DNA of 64,000 nt from Blastocystis sp. Blastoise (taxonomy: Eukaryota > Protista > Bigyra: Opalinata). The notes beneath the pieces are model-generated. The model did not search any database and had not been told where the DNA came from. It saw only the letters and a program-made list of their open reading frames with translations. Made by a program: the position numbers and the translations under genes. The stretch spans positions 62,001 through 126,000 of the forward strand of contig JBBPEB010000008.1 in assembly GCA_039096225.1 (NCBI GenBank), read 5' to 3'. Shown here piece by piece: positions 14,305-27,564 of the stretch (positions within the stretch are counted from its first letter, which is position 1; every line of letters starts with the position of its first letter).

Positions 14305-15154
14305 CTGAGATATTATTATTATCAATATTATTATTATTATCAATATTATTATTATCATTAGACAAAGAAATATTAGATATTTCTTTATAAATATCATTAG
14401 TAGAAATGGAGGATAATTGATTTGATAAATCAATAAGAGAAGAATGATTAGAAGAAACAATATTATTACTATTATTATTATTTACTATTTGTATATCATT
14501 ATTAAGTGAAATAGAATTTGTATTCAATATACTATTTAAACTGCTTAAGCTACTCTTATTAATTGCTTCTACAGCAGAAACTTGCTCTTTTGAAGTACTC
14601 TGACGATTTTTAGTGAAAGGAGATAATATAGAATCATGTGAATCATCAAGATTATCTCTAGAACTTATACCAGAAGCGACACTTAATGAGTTCAACATTT
14701 CTGGATTTAATTGAACATCAAGATAATGATCTGGTTTTTGTATAGGAGAAAAATGAGAAAGAGAGGGATACGATGGCATAGTAGGAAGATTTTTTGGTGA
14801 AGTATTTAAAAACGAATCATCATCATGAGGAGTTGTAAATACCGTAGAAGAAGATCTAGAACTAATAGATGTAGTTTGAGTTGACTTTATAGAAGACATG
14901 CGTTGTTGAGTTAAATCTTGGTATGATCCATTTATTACATGATCTACTTGCTGTACATTCGTCGATAGACAAGAATCAATAAGACTAGTATCATAAGATT
15001 TCTGAAGACACTGATTTTCATTACGTTTGTTATCAGAAAATACTATTTGAGAAGTTGGAAGTGAATTTGTTGAAACTGAATTATCAAGTACAATCACAGA
15101 AGAAGATTTTGAAACAGAAGTATCATCACTTATACTAATCGGTATCGAATTCAT
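11651..15154 (-). CDS. Multi-exon Ser/Asn/Lys-rich low-complexity protein of unknown function
   Basis: ATG at 15154 (MNSIPISISDD); two long exons (track ORFs 13775-15208 and 11775-13073) linked by small GT-AG exons; last exon ends RFKRPSTVIKPFKLSHSTKK* with TAA at 11651-11653. Confidence 0.7.
13825..14033. repeat. (TAAAA)n intronic microsatellite
   Basis: Pentamer array; it explains the FILFY ORF artefacts. Confidence 0.95.
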
Positions 15155-15731
15155 ACTAGTATTTGTACTCAAAGTAACTACCAAGACTAAATTTCTTATA
15201 TGGACCACAAATAAATATCAAACTATCGTTCACTAAATGTAATGATGCTTATAATCAAAGTTTAGACTTTTCTAATTTTCTGTTTTTTCCAAGAATATGT
15301 TGTTGTATCTGCCTTATTTTTTGAAATTCATTTATATGTAATTTTTAAATAATTTTCTTATAAATTTTTCACATTTTTTATTTTTTTTTGAAACTGATGT
15401 AGTTAATTTCTATTTTATACAAAGTTATAGATACATAAATTTATGCCATGGTATGTAAATATGGAATGAATTGCGTTTGTGATGCCACTGTTTTTTTAGT
15501 TTTGGATTGTATCTTAAAGAAATGGCTTCTCTCAAGTTAATTCAAAGAGTTATAAAGCAAAATAAAAAGAAAGTATCGTCTTTTTTTTATATTTTCAAAT
15601 ATATTCTTTTAATCGTGAATATTTATTACACTTGTAATTTTTTTAACTCGAATTTTGAATTAGAGAAATGTATATCTTTATGTTATAGGTAAAAAAATCA
15701 TAAGTTTTTTTTATTCCTTTTATTGTTTAGA

Positions 15732-17310
15732 ATGGTGGAAGAGAAGGCAGGATTTGATGCTGATAAGATGGTTGATATCCAGAAGGATGTAACTCATTTT
15801 GAAAGACTGATTGGTGATTTGATTGGTATTTTAAGTAAGTCAATAAGTTTCTGTATTCATTCAGGTGAATCTATAAATGAATTGGTAAAGCAATCCGTAA
15901 GAAATTGTGAAACAATGAATGATAAGAATGGCGATGATCCAAATATGATTATCCAAGAATCTTCATATATTCATGAATGTGATACTACTATGAATAATAA
16001 TGATAATGGAATTGATTATATTCGATTCACAAGTAGTGGTCTGGCTTATTCTCTTCCTAAAAGAATAACGAATAGTTTAGTAGGTAGTCTTCTGTATGAA
16101 TATTCCCAAGAAAATCAAAGAACTGTTGATGGTGATATGTTTTTAGATTATCGTGGAGATGATACAGTTGCTCCTTTATTAATTGATTCTTTAATGAATA
16201 AGAAAATTAATATAGATATATTAGACTTAAATGATCAATTTAGTTTATTAAATTTATTTGAATATTGTTGTTTACCTATTCCTGAAGAATTAACGAAAAC
16301 TTATTATAGAAGAGATCATAATTTGAAACTATATAAAGAAGGTGATGATGTTATTCTTTATATAAATGATAAGAAAGATGATATACTAAGAGATTATTGG
16401 AAAGAGAATGGATTATGGAATAAGATTATTAATAGATATAATAATGGATCTGTAGATTATGATGAAAAGAAAAATGAAATGTTTATGAAGAAAGATTATC
16501 AATATATTAATCAAATTCATGATTATATTCAATATAATTGTATTTATATTTCAGAAGAAGAAATGAACAATATGAATAAACAATTATTAGAAAATGAAAT
16601 GTGTAGATTATTTGGTGATAAAGTAATAAATATAGTGGATGAATGTATAATCCCTTATTCATATTTCCCCTATACACGTATACTTACTAATAAATCCATG
16701 GAAATACCTTTAATGAATTGGCTTGGTAAAGAAAAGAAATGGAAATTATTATTTAGGTATTTATACTTTATTATATTATATTATATATATATATATATAG
16801 AGCAAGTGAGCATGATTATAAAGCAAGTGAATTTCATAAATATTGTGATAATAAAGGAGAAACAGTTACTCTTATTAAGCATATAGGCCATAATAATCAT
16901 ATTAATATATTTGGTGGATATACAGATCAAAGTTGGGCTGGTTCAGGTAATATATTTATTCATTTTATATAGTTACTCAATATGATTATATAGATTGGAA
17001 ACCTTATTCTAAAGAATTTCTCTTTACTTTAAGTAATGAGCATGGTATTCCTCCTACTCAATATGATTATAATTATAAAACTAATAATAAAGCTATATAT
17101 TGTTATTCTTCTTATGGTCCAACATTTGGAATGGGCTATGATATCTATATATCTAATCAATGTCATAGTAATACGAATTCTTATTGTAAAGCATCTTGCT
17201 ATTCTGAAGTCAATACTCATCAATACTCATCATTATTTGTGAATACTAGTAATACTAATTCTAAAAATATTTTTACAGTTGAAGATTATGAAGTCTGGGG
17301 AAGAGCTTAA
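15732..17310 (+). CDS. TLDc-domain protein with degenerate BTB-like N-terminal region, 3 exons
   Basis: KKWKLLFR|ASEHDYKASEFHKYCDNKGETVTLIK...IFGGYTDQSW...FLFTL...YGPTFG...DIYIS...VEDYEVWGRA*; introns at about 16757-16800 and 16947-16993; MFLDYRGDD resembles the BTB FIDRDG segment. Confidence 0.88.
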
Positions 17311-20300
17311 AATATAATAATACATTATTATTTCTCTTATTTTCTTTCTTTATATATATATATATTTTCATGTTTTTAATAAGTTTTTTTCATTATATAT
17401 ATTATCATTTTTTAACAGGTTTAAAAATAGTTTTGTAAATTTATTGTTTAAATATGTTTATGATATTAAAATATTATCAACATAATTATTACATAATACT
17501 TTTAATCATAACAGAGAATTAATGTTTTCCCAACATTATGTTATTATCATAAGAAACTACTCTATGTCACTTTATATAATAATAAAATTTTAACTATCAA
17601 AAATTAACAAAAGTTTCATATTCTTTTATAACAATTGTAGCTTTGTAATAAAGTTTCATTTTGGAAAGCAATTTATAAAAATATCATTTTAAACGAAACA
17701 ATATTTGAAAAATATATTGATATATATATAAGAAATATGATTAATAATATATTAGTAAACAAGTAAAAAATATATATTTTAATCAATGTTTAATATGATT
17801 ATTATATAACAAAACTAATAGAATATTATTATAATATTAATCATGAATAATTATTAAAAATAAAATAAAAAAATAATAATAATATATATATATATGAAAT
17901 TATAAACAAAAGCATTATAACGTAACAGGTTTTTCAACTTTAACAGTTTCGATTTCAGGTGTTTTTTTATGAGGTTGTAATTTCTTTTCTTTCTTTTCTT
18001 TCTTTATATTTTTTAGAACAAATATTAATATCAAAAGTATAACAAGAATGACAATAACAACAATAAGAATAATTGTTGTGACTGAAAGAGAATTACCTGT
18101 TGATACTATTTTTCCATTAATTGAAGTATTAGTAATATTTTGAAGATTAGAATCATTACTTGTTTTACATGCTTTAAGAAGAATAGAATCAATACCAGTA
18201 AATAAAGTATTTATATCATTCTTTATATTATCTTCATCAGCTTGATTAGCAGTTATTCTTACATTAACTGAAACACCATCAGTATAAGTAGATATACTAG
18301 AAACACTAATAATCTTTACAGCAGATGAAGGAATAGAATAACTAGTAAGTGATTGAACAATAAGTGTTCTAAATGTTTCAGTAGTAGAAGGAGTATTAAA
18401 AGCAGTTTCAGTTAATCCTTCAAGTTTTATAGGAACATCAATAAATATTTTATTATCACCAGGATTCTCATTTGTAATAAATATATAACAATCAGAACTA
18501 TCAGCAATTTGCCAAGAAGCAGTACCAACACCTGTATTTTGACAAACACGACTTTGAATACCTAATTGACCAGAAGGACATTCAATATAAGCAGTTATAT
18601 CTCTTTCTGTAATAGGCCAATTATCATCAGAAGGACAATAAACAATACTTATCGTAATAGTAATAGTAGCAGTAGATTCTCCTCTTGCATTAGAAGCAGT
18701 AATAGTATAACTATTAGAAGAAGCTGAAGTAGGAATACCATATATAAAGCCATTTTGAGTATTAAATATTAATCCATCAGGAAGAGAAGGAGATATAGTT
18801 AAAGGATTAAGATTACCACCTGTAATAGAAGCCATAATTGGAGTAATAATATCATTCTTATATCCAATAATAGTATTTGTATTATAAGAAATTGAAGGTA
18901 TCTTTAATTCACAATTATTAATAATATCTCCCCAAACAGCAGGATAACCAAGTTTACATAATCTTGTTCTAAATCCTTCATAATTAATAGGATCTTCACA
19001 AGGTAAAGTAACTTGGTTACCAATTTCTGTAATAGGCCAAATAATATCATCAGGACAATTAGCAATACTAATAATAATAGTAATAGTAGTAGTATATTCT
19101 CCTCTTGAATTAGATATAGTAATAGTATAAGTATTAGAAGAATCAGAAGTAGGTGTACCATATATTTGACCATTTTGATTATTAAGTATTAATCCATCAG
19201 GAAGAGAAGGAGATATAGTTAAAGGATTCAAATTACCACCTGTAATAGAAGCCATAATAGGAGTAATACCAATATTTTTATATCCAGTAATAGTAGTAGT
19301 TGTATAAGAAATCGAAGGATTCTTTAGTTGACAATTATTAACGGCATCTTCCCAAACAGCAGGATTTCCTAATAAACATAATCTTGTTCTAAATCCTTCA
19401 TAATTAATAGGATCTTCACATGGTAAAGTAACTTGCTCTCCAGCTTCTGTAATAGGCCAAATATCATCAGAAATACAATTAAAAGTACTAATAATAATAT
19501 TAATAACAATATTATCTTCTCCTCTTGTATTAGATACAGTAATAACATAAGAACCAGAAGAAGAAGAAGTAGGTGTACCATATATTTGACCATTTTCAGT
19601 ATTAAATACTAATCCATCAGGAAGAGAAGGATTAATAGTAATAGAATTCAAATTACCACCTGTAATAGTAGCATTAACAGAATTAATAGCAACATTCTTA
19701 TAACCAGTAATAGTTGTGATATCATATATAATTGAAGGCATTTTTAGTTGACAATTATTAATAATATCTCCCCAAACAGCAGGATATTCAAGTTTACATA
19801 ATCTTGTTCTAAATCCTTCATAATTAATAGTATCTTCACATGGTAAAGTAATTTGTTGACCAGCTTCTGTAATAGGCCAAATATCATCAGAAATACAATT
19901 AGAAGCACTTATCGTAATTGTTATAGTAGCAGTAGATTGACCTTTTGAATTAGAAATTGTAATAGTATAAGTATTAGAAGAATCAGAAGTAGGAATACCA
20001 TATATTTGACCATTCTCAGTATTAAATATTAATCCATCAGGAAGAGAAGGAGATATAGTTAAAGGATTCAAATTACCACCTGTAATAGTAGCAGCCACAG
20101 GAGTAATAGCATTATTTTTATTACCTATTATAGTATTAGTAGCATATGAGATAGTAGGTAATAAAAGTTGACAATTATTAATAATATCTCCCCAAACAGC
20201 AGGATCTCCTCTTATACATAATCTTGTTCTAAATCCTTCATAATTAATAGTATCTTCACAATCTAAAATAGCTTGTTCTCCAGCTTCTGTAATAGGCCAA

Positions 20301-21137
20301 ATATCATCAATAGGACAACTACTATCTTTTATAGTAATAGTAATAGTAGCAGTAGATTCACCTCTAGGATTAGAAATCGTAATAGTATATAATACAGAAG
20401 AAGAAGAAGTAGTAGTAGTAGGTGTACCATATATTAATCCAGTAATAGAATTGAATAATAAACCATTAGGAAGAGAAGGAGATATAGTTAAAGGATTCAA
20501 ATTACTTCCAGTTATAAGAGCAGTAATAGGAGTAATAGGAATATTTTTATATCCAATAGTTGTAGGTACTGTATATATTATAGTTGGCATTCTTAATTCA
20601 CAATTATTAATAATAGTATCCCAAATAGCAGGATAACCAAGTTTACATAATCTAGTTCTAAATCCTTCATAATTAATAGGATCTTCACAAAGTAATGAAG
20701 TTTCTTGACCAATTTCAGTAATAGGCCAATTATCTTCAGAAATACAAAATACTACATCAATAAGAATCAAAATAGTAGTAGTAATAGAACCAGCAGTATT
20801 CGTAGCAGTGATAGTATAAGTAGTAAGAGCAGAATTAGTAGTAGGTGTACCAGAAATCATACCATTAGAAGGATTAATAGTAAGACCATTAGGAAGAGAA
20901 GGATAAATAGTAAAAGTTAATTCAGCACCAGTAACAGTAGCAGGAATAGAAGAAAAAATATTTTTATGTAAAGTAAAAGGAGAATCAATATAAGAAAGAT
21001 CAGAAGGAGCAGTAAGATAACATAAATCTTGTTCATCACCAAATACACCAGCAGTACATAATCTTCTCTTAACACCAAGATAACCATTAGGACATTCTTG
21101 GAATGAATAACCACCTTCAACAGCAGGCCCCCAAATA
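16549..21137. repeat. Left arm of a 4.59-kb inverted repeat
   Basis: Mirrored coordinates sum to 53173 (17915+35258, 16886+36287, 20451+32722, 20705+32468), so no net indels are seen. Confidence 0.95.
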
Positions 21138-24100
21138 TCATCAGATACACAAGAGGAAGGAGTATTAGTAATATATAAACCAAATTCAGATAATTGAAAA
21201 TATCCATCACCACAATTATCACTATCAAGAGAAGTATTATCACACTCAGTAGCAATAAATCTATAAGAATTATAAGGTTGAGAAGAATAGAAACCATAGG
21301 AGAGTGTTTGTCTATATTTAGTAAAAAATTGTTGGTATTCATGATCTAATAAAGTCCAAGTAATACCATTATCATTAGAACCTTCAATTCTCCAACCAGA
21401 AGGAGATCTTTGATTACACTCATTACCACTAATAATCTTATAATGATTAATAAATTCTTTACGACCATTATTGAAAGTATATTGATAAATAGCACCAACA
21501 CATCGTGGACCACTAAGAACCTTTGTATAAATACTATTATCAAATAACATATCAGTACCTTCAGAATCAGTCTTTTCAATATCAGACCAAGCAACACCAT
21601 CAGTTACTCTGTATTCACCAGAAGGAATAAAAGCAACAAAACAAGTGAAATCATTAGTAGCAGGAAGAGTATCTTTCTTATGTATTTCAACAGCTATAAC
21701 ATTAGTACCAACAACAAGAATAGGATTAACAAGTGTAGAAACAGAACTTGTAAATACAGCACTAGAAGTATATTCAGCAGTAGCAGCAGTATTATAATTA
21801 ATAGTACCAGTAGGCATATTAATTCTTCTGATTTCATGACCATTAAGATAAACAATCATACCAGCATAAGTACTAGCACCAATATCAATACCAGCATAAG
21901 CAGCATCAACAGTAGAAAGAGTAAAAGTAGTTCTATAATATTGAGTAGTACCAGTAGGAACAGGTAAAGATCCAGCAATACCAGAAGACCAATCAATATC
22001 AGAGAAAGTAGCAGTATTCCAATCAGAAGGAGCTTCAATATCATCATTTAAGTATTTCCAAGCAGCACTAGTAGAAACAATTCTACCAATATTAAGAGTA
22101 ACAGTCTTAGGAGATTCACCTATAGCAAGAGAACCAGAAACAAGAGCAGTTGTACTATCTTCAACAAATACAGAATAAGTACCATCACCCCAACCATTAT
22201 TCTTACTATCCGATAAAACTAAAGAATAAACGCCAGTAGCTCTACAATAAATGAAATCTTGTGTATAATAGTTAATAGAAGTAGATCTTGAATCAATAAC
22301 AGTACCAGTAGAATCCTTAAGAGTCCAAGAAGCTTCATTAGCATAAGTAGAGAAATAGAAAGATAATTTGAATAAGTTATTAGGATAAGAACAAGCAATT
22401 ACAGAGAAAGTAATAGTAGTAGTAACAGGAGTACCTTGAAGACTTTTAGCACTAATAGTATATACAGTAGGAGATTGAAGTAGAGTTGGAATACCATTGA
22501 AATAACCATTAGAAGAATCCATAGAAAGACCAGTAGGAAGAGCAGGAGAAATAGTGAAATCATAATAATGTTCAGAAGAAACTAAAAGAGCAGGAACAGG
22601 AACACTCTTATAAGCAACAAGATCAGAAGGTGTGAAACTGAAATCAGGAATAACAAGAGATTCAATATCTTCAATTAAGAATTCCCATTCAGAGAAAGCA
22701 TATTTATTTTCAGCTTGAATAACAACAGCTTTAGTAACAGCAATCTTATAATTAGTATAAGCTTGAGTAGAACCAAGAGCATAGAAACATTTTTTTTGTT
22801 GTCTTTCTTTCCAAGAATTATTAGTTTGAGAAGTAATAGTAGTCCAAGTAGAACCATCCATAGAACCATAAATAGTCCAATCAGCAGGATCATAATTAGG
22901 AGTATCTCTGTTAGAATAAATACAATATTTATTCATATAAATAGCTCTCTTATTATTAAATTGAACGGAAACCCATTTTTCACTTACAGAATCATGAATA
23001 GGAGTAATCCAACGAGTATAAGGATTAGAATCAAAAAGATTAGCAGGATTACCATCAGAGAAAACACCACTAGAAGTATAACTACCACCAGAAGAATTTT
23101 GAATGACATTAGAATCACCAAGAAGATGGAATAAACCATCAAAATCAACATAATAAGAGCCACTGCCACGATTAACAAGAGCAATAGCTATAGTAACACT
23201 ATTACCATTAGAAAGAGTAGTCATAGGACCCGATACTGATCTCCATAAGAAAGAAGAATCACCATCAGTAGCAACAGTAGTTGTAGTAATTTCACCAGCA
23301 GCAATATTATATCTATAGACTTCATTACCATTTACATAAATAACACAGCCAGCTTTAGATTTAAAGAATAATTCCCAACCAACCATATTCGTCTTAGAAA
23401 TAATAGTAAAAGTACTTCTAAGAAGAATAATACTTTGAGTAACAGAAACAAGAGGATTATAGTAAAGTTGAGACCAAGATACATCAGAGAAAAGAGCAGT
23501 CTTCCAATTAGCATCAGTAGGAGCACCTTGTTGATATCTCCAAGCAGATTGAGGAGCAAGATCAAGACGAGTATTAACATAATAAGTAGTAGTAGTACCA
23601 GCTAATAAATACATACGAGCAATTCTATGTTCAGTAGTAAGATCATATTTTAATGAAACATCAAGATAAGCACCTTTTTCCCAACCATCATTATTATCAT
23701 CGAAAAGTACAAACTTCCAACGACCAGCAACTTGACATTCATTTAATACTTGATTCGCACCATTATTAACACCAGTAACAGTAATAATTTGAGTATTATC
23801 TTCAGAATAAATAGCAACACGTTCATCTTTAGAAGTCGATTTATTCACTTTAGTAATAACTACTTGAGCCATAGCAGGTTGTTGACAAACAATAAAGCTA
23901 ATAGTCATAGTAAAAGTAGTAGCAGCATTAGTAGCACCATCAATAGCACTAATAGTATAAGTTTTAGTGGGTGAAGTTGTAGTTACAGAACCATAAATAA
24001 TACCATTAATAGAATCAAGAAATAATCCAGTAGGTAAAACAGGAGTAATAGTATAAGTATGAATACCACTTGAAAGAGGAGCAACAGATATAGCTACATT

Positions 24101-25943
24101 AGTATAGATATTAAGAGTACTAGAAGGATATTGGAGACCAGGAGCAACAAGAGATTGACTATTTACAAAAGTACGAATTTCAGCTAATTGAGTAATACTT
24201 TTGCTATAATTATTCAATAGATCTAATTTAATTTGATTAAAAGATTTTCTATTCGAAGGAATATTAAATATATAATTAGTACTTCTAGCAGCAAATTTGT
24301 TATTAATAACATGGTCCAAGAATATCCAGGTAGCACCATCATCTTCAGAACCATAGAACTTCCATTCTCTAGGATCTTGTCCATTATAATCATTACCAGA
24401 AGTAATTTGATAAGCATTAAACCAAGTTTTAGATCCATTAGGAAGAGCAATAGTAATAGTACTAGCAGTAGCTTGGAAATAATATTTAGTAGAATCAGAA
24501 TTATCAGCAACATTACCACAAATTTCACTTGTAGTAGCTGCTTCAACAGAACAAGTAGCAGTACCACCAGAAGTAACAACATCACCAGCTAGAAAAACAA
24601 TTATGATAATTTATATATGAATATAATATTTTTAATAGATTATAATAGATATCATTGAATAAAAATAGATTTATAGTAAAATATATATATGTATATATAT
24701 GAATATAATAATAATATACTAGTAGATGAAATAGTAGTAGCATAAGCATCAAAGACATCAGCAGTAGTTAATTGAGAAGAATGAGAGTGAACTTCAACAG
24801 CTACAGTTAAAGAAGTACCAGATGTAATATAAAGAGAAAGAGGAAGAACAATTCTATATTTATAATTATAATAAATATATATATATAATAGATAAATTAT
24901 ATATTTACACTTTCCAAGTAGCATCAGTTTCAGAAGTTAAAGAAGCAGTATTAGAATAAGATACACTATATATAATATATAATTATTTTATAATTATTAT
25001 ATATATGTTTATAAATAGAAAAAAGTGATATATATGTTGTATATAAATAAACAAAGAACACTTACATAGGTAATCCAACACGAGAAGCTTCAACACCATT
25101 TATATAAAGAACAAAGCCAGAATTTGTTTTAACACCAAAACGAAGAGCATAAGCAGCAGCATCAGAAATAGAAGAAGTATATCTATAATAACGAGTAGTA
25201 GTAGAAATAGCAGGGAAAGCACCAGGAGCAAGAGGAGTCCAAGCAGCATCAGCGAATGATATTTGAGTCCAAGAAGTACCAGTTTGAGCAGTAGTAGAAG
25301 TCTTCCAAGTAGCACCAGGAGGAATAGAAAGATTCACTATATAGAATTAATATTATTTAATTATGAATGAAATAATAATTATTATTATTATAAGTAAAAA
25401 AGAAATAATCATATACAAGTGAATTGTTGTAATTTAGGAGCTTTAGCAAAAGCTTCACCACTATTGAGTCTTGCAGTTAAGAAGGTGACTCCATTATAAT
25501 TAATATAAAGATAAGCACCAGTAGACCAACCATCTCCATAACTAAAATGAATATATAATTATTATGATTATTTTATTAGAAAATGTATTAATTATGTAAA
25601 AAAAAATCTTATAAATATAATCAATTACATACCTATCGTACATAGCAAGAGTATAGACAGTGTTTAATTGAAGACAGACATCATATTCCTTGGATTTAGA
25701 GCTATCAGCAGAAGTACCAGCTCCTTCATGGACAAGAGTTCCAGTTAAATCACTACCTTGAAATATTTTCCATGATTCTTCATAAGCATAAGAACCATAT
25801 GTTCTCTTAAGAATAAAAGGTAAACTAGGAGCAACACATTCCGATTGAACTATATGTTCGTTAATAGTCAAAAATAAAAATGTTATAAATATACCTAAAG
25901 ATATCAATCCTAAAATACTAATAAGGTCAATGAATTGTCTCAT
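17915..25943 (-). CDS. Large type-I membrane surface protein A: signal peptide, 3 x [DGW module + jelly-roll + F5/8C discoidin-like] with He_PIG Ig domains, 7 HRM-like/6 He_PIG stalk repeats, SEA-like domain, TM, Lys-rich tail; about 7 exons
   Basis: 2134-aa track ORF plus upstream exons (MRQFIDLISILGLISL; KRTYGSYAYEESWKI; YGDGW; TRYYR...YINGVE; REWKFYGSEDDG). LPxGLxxxxxxGxIxGxPT repeats; C-terminal IILIVVIVILVILLILIFVL-KNIKKEKK. Confidence 0.88.
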
Positions 25944-27564
25944 TTCTTATTAGCTAAAAATAAATAAAAAAAAACCATTGTACTCATTTTTTGTTAAGAT
26001 TTAAAACTTGCCGAGTAAAACTTGTTAAATTTGTTTTGCATTTTAATACATGACATCACCAATAAACTTGGTTTAAACATGCCAATGACAGAGAGTTTTT
26101 CATATAAAAAAAATGGAAATTCTATTAAAAAATTTTTAGTACTTTCTTTTAGTAATGCAAGTTATTTTGAAAAGAAATCTCTGCAATTCTATTAAATTAG
26201 CATCAAAGACTTTTAATCCATTAATATATATGATTCAATATTTCTCTATTAAAAAGATAATATGCTAAAACATTAAAATGACAATCATAATAACGAATGC
26301 TCATGACGAATAACTATAAGAAATTGGTCTTTTAAAAAGTTTTAATTCATTTAAAAATTTATATGGCAGATTTCATTTTGAAATAATATTTGATTCCTTA
26401 GATTTATAAAAAGAAATACTTACATTTTTCAATACCTTCCAAAGAGTTTGTGACACTTGCGGCGAGACTTTTGTGACACGTTTTTCAGCCATGCTTAATT
26501 CAGCTGAATTCAGATAAGCAGAGCAAATGAGTGATTTCTATCACTGATTGACACTTTTGACTCTTTAAAGTTTTTAATTGCAATTTCCACAAAAAGATTT
26601 CTAAGTCAATAATAATTCAATAAGCAAAAGACTTTAAAACAAAAAAGAATATTCCAGGAAGCTTTAAGTGATTTATGATTGAGACTCAAAAGCACTGTTG
26701 AACATATTTAATCAAAGAATTGACATCTTCACAATTTTAGAATGTTATACAATATTAAAAACGTTTCTATTTTATTTAAAGTCACAACTTTGTCAACTAA
26801 TCGGGTCAGTAGTTTTAAAAATTTTATAGCTATGCTTAAAGTAAAAGACCTCTTAGAGTTATAAGTATGTGTGAATGTGAGTAAAATGACCTCTATGGGT
26901 TAAAAACAAAACTCAGTCAAAAAATCATAATTATTATTTTTTACACTGAAAAATTCAAATACGAATTTTTTTTTCTTTTTTTAATACGATTTTTAACTAT
27001 TTTTTTATGATCAAAATATAAAAATGAAATATACTTGACGATTCTTATAATAAACAAATGAGAACTCTAAAAAATACCATGCTTCCTAATGGTATCAAGT
27101 AAGCCACTGACTTCTATGTTTCTATTATTTCTCTATTCACAGATTTATAATATTAGCAATTCTTATTAATAGGTCTCATTATTTATTTGTTTGTAGCCAA
27201 ATGTATGTTGCTATTAATCAGTTGATGCTATTATTTACAAATTGATTCAATGTCAACACCTTCTATCATCAGCCTAACATAATAGAATATATAAAAATAG
27301 CTTTCTGAACTGAATGAGATAGAAACAAATATCTATTTTTTGAGTCATTTTTTAAAACTTGCATTAAAACTACATTTTTAATCGACATCCACACACTCAA
27401 CCATGACCGCTTCTTAATCTTTCATGTGAGTCAACTGACCACTGTTTCAAAAAAAAATTAAAAGTTGTTGAAAGACAAGATATTCTGACTTGCTCTTCAC
27501 ATTACATCTATAAATATTTTTATAAAGACTTCATTTTTATTATATTTATTATACATAATAGACG
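25944..27564. promoter_or_regulatory. Divergent (possibly bidirectional) promoter region between surface genes A and B
   Basis: 1.62 kb between two outward-facing ATGs; about 9 GTCAA/TTGAC motifs by hand count. Confidence 0.5.

Noticed and set aside
15522-15730. Upstream coding exon (MASLKLIQRVIKQNKKK) for the TLDc gene
   Set aside because: The obvious donor and acceptor are out of phase with the main ORF.
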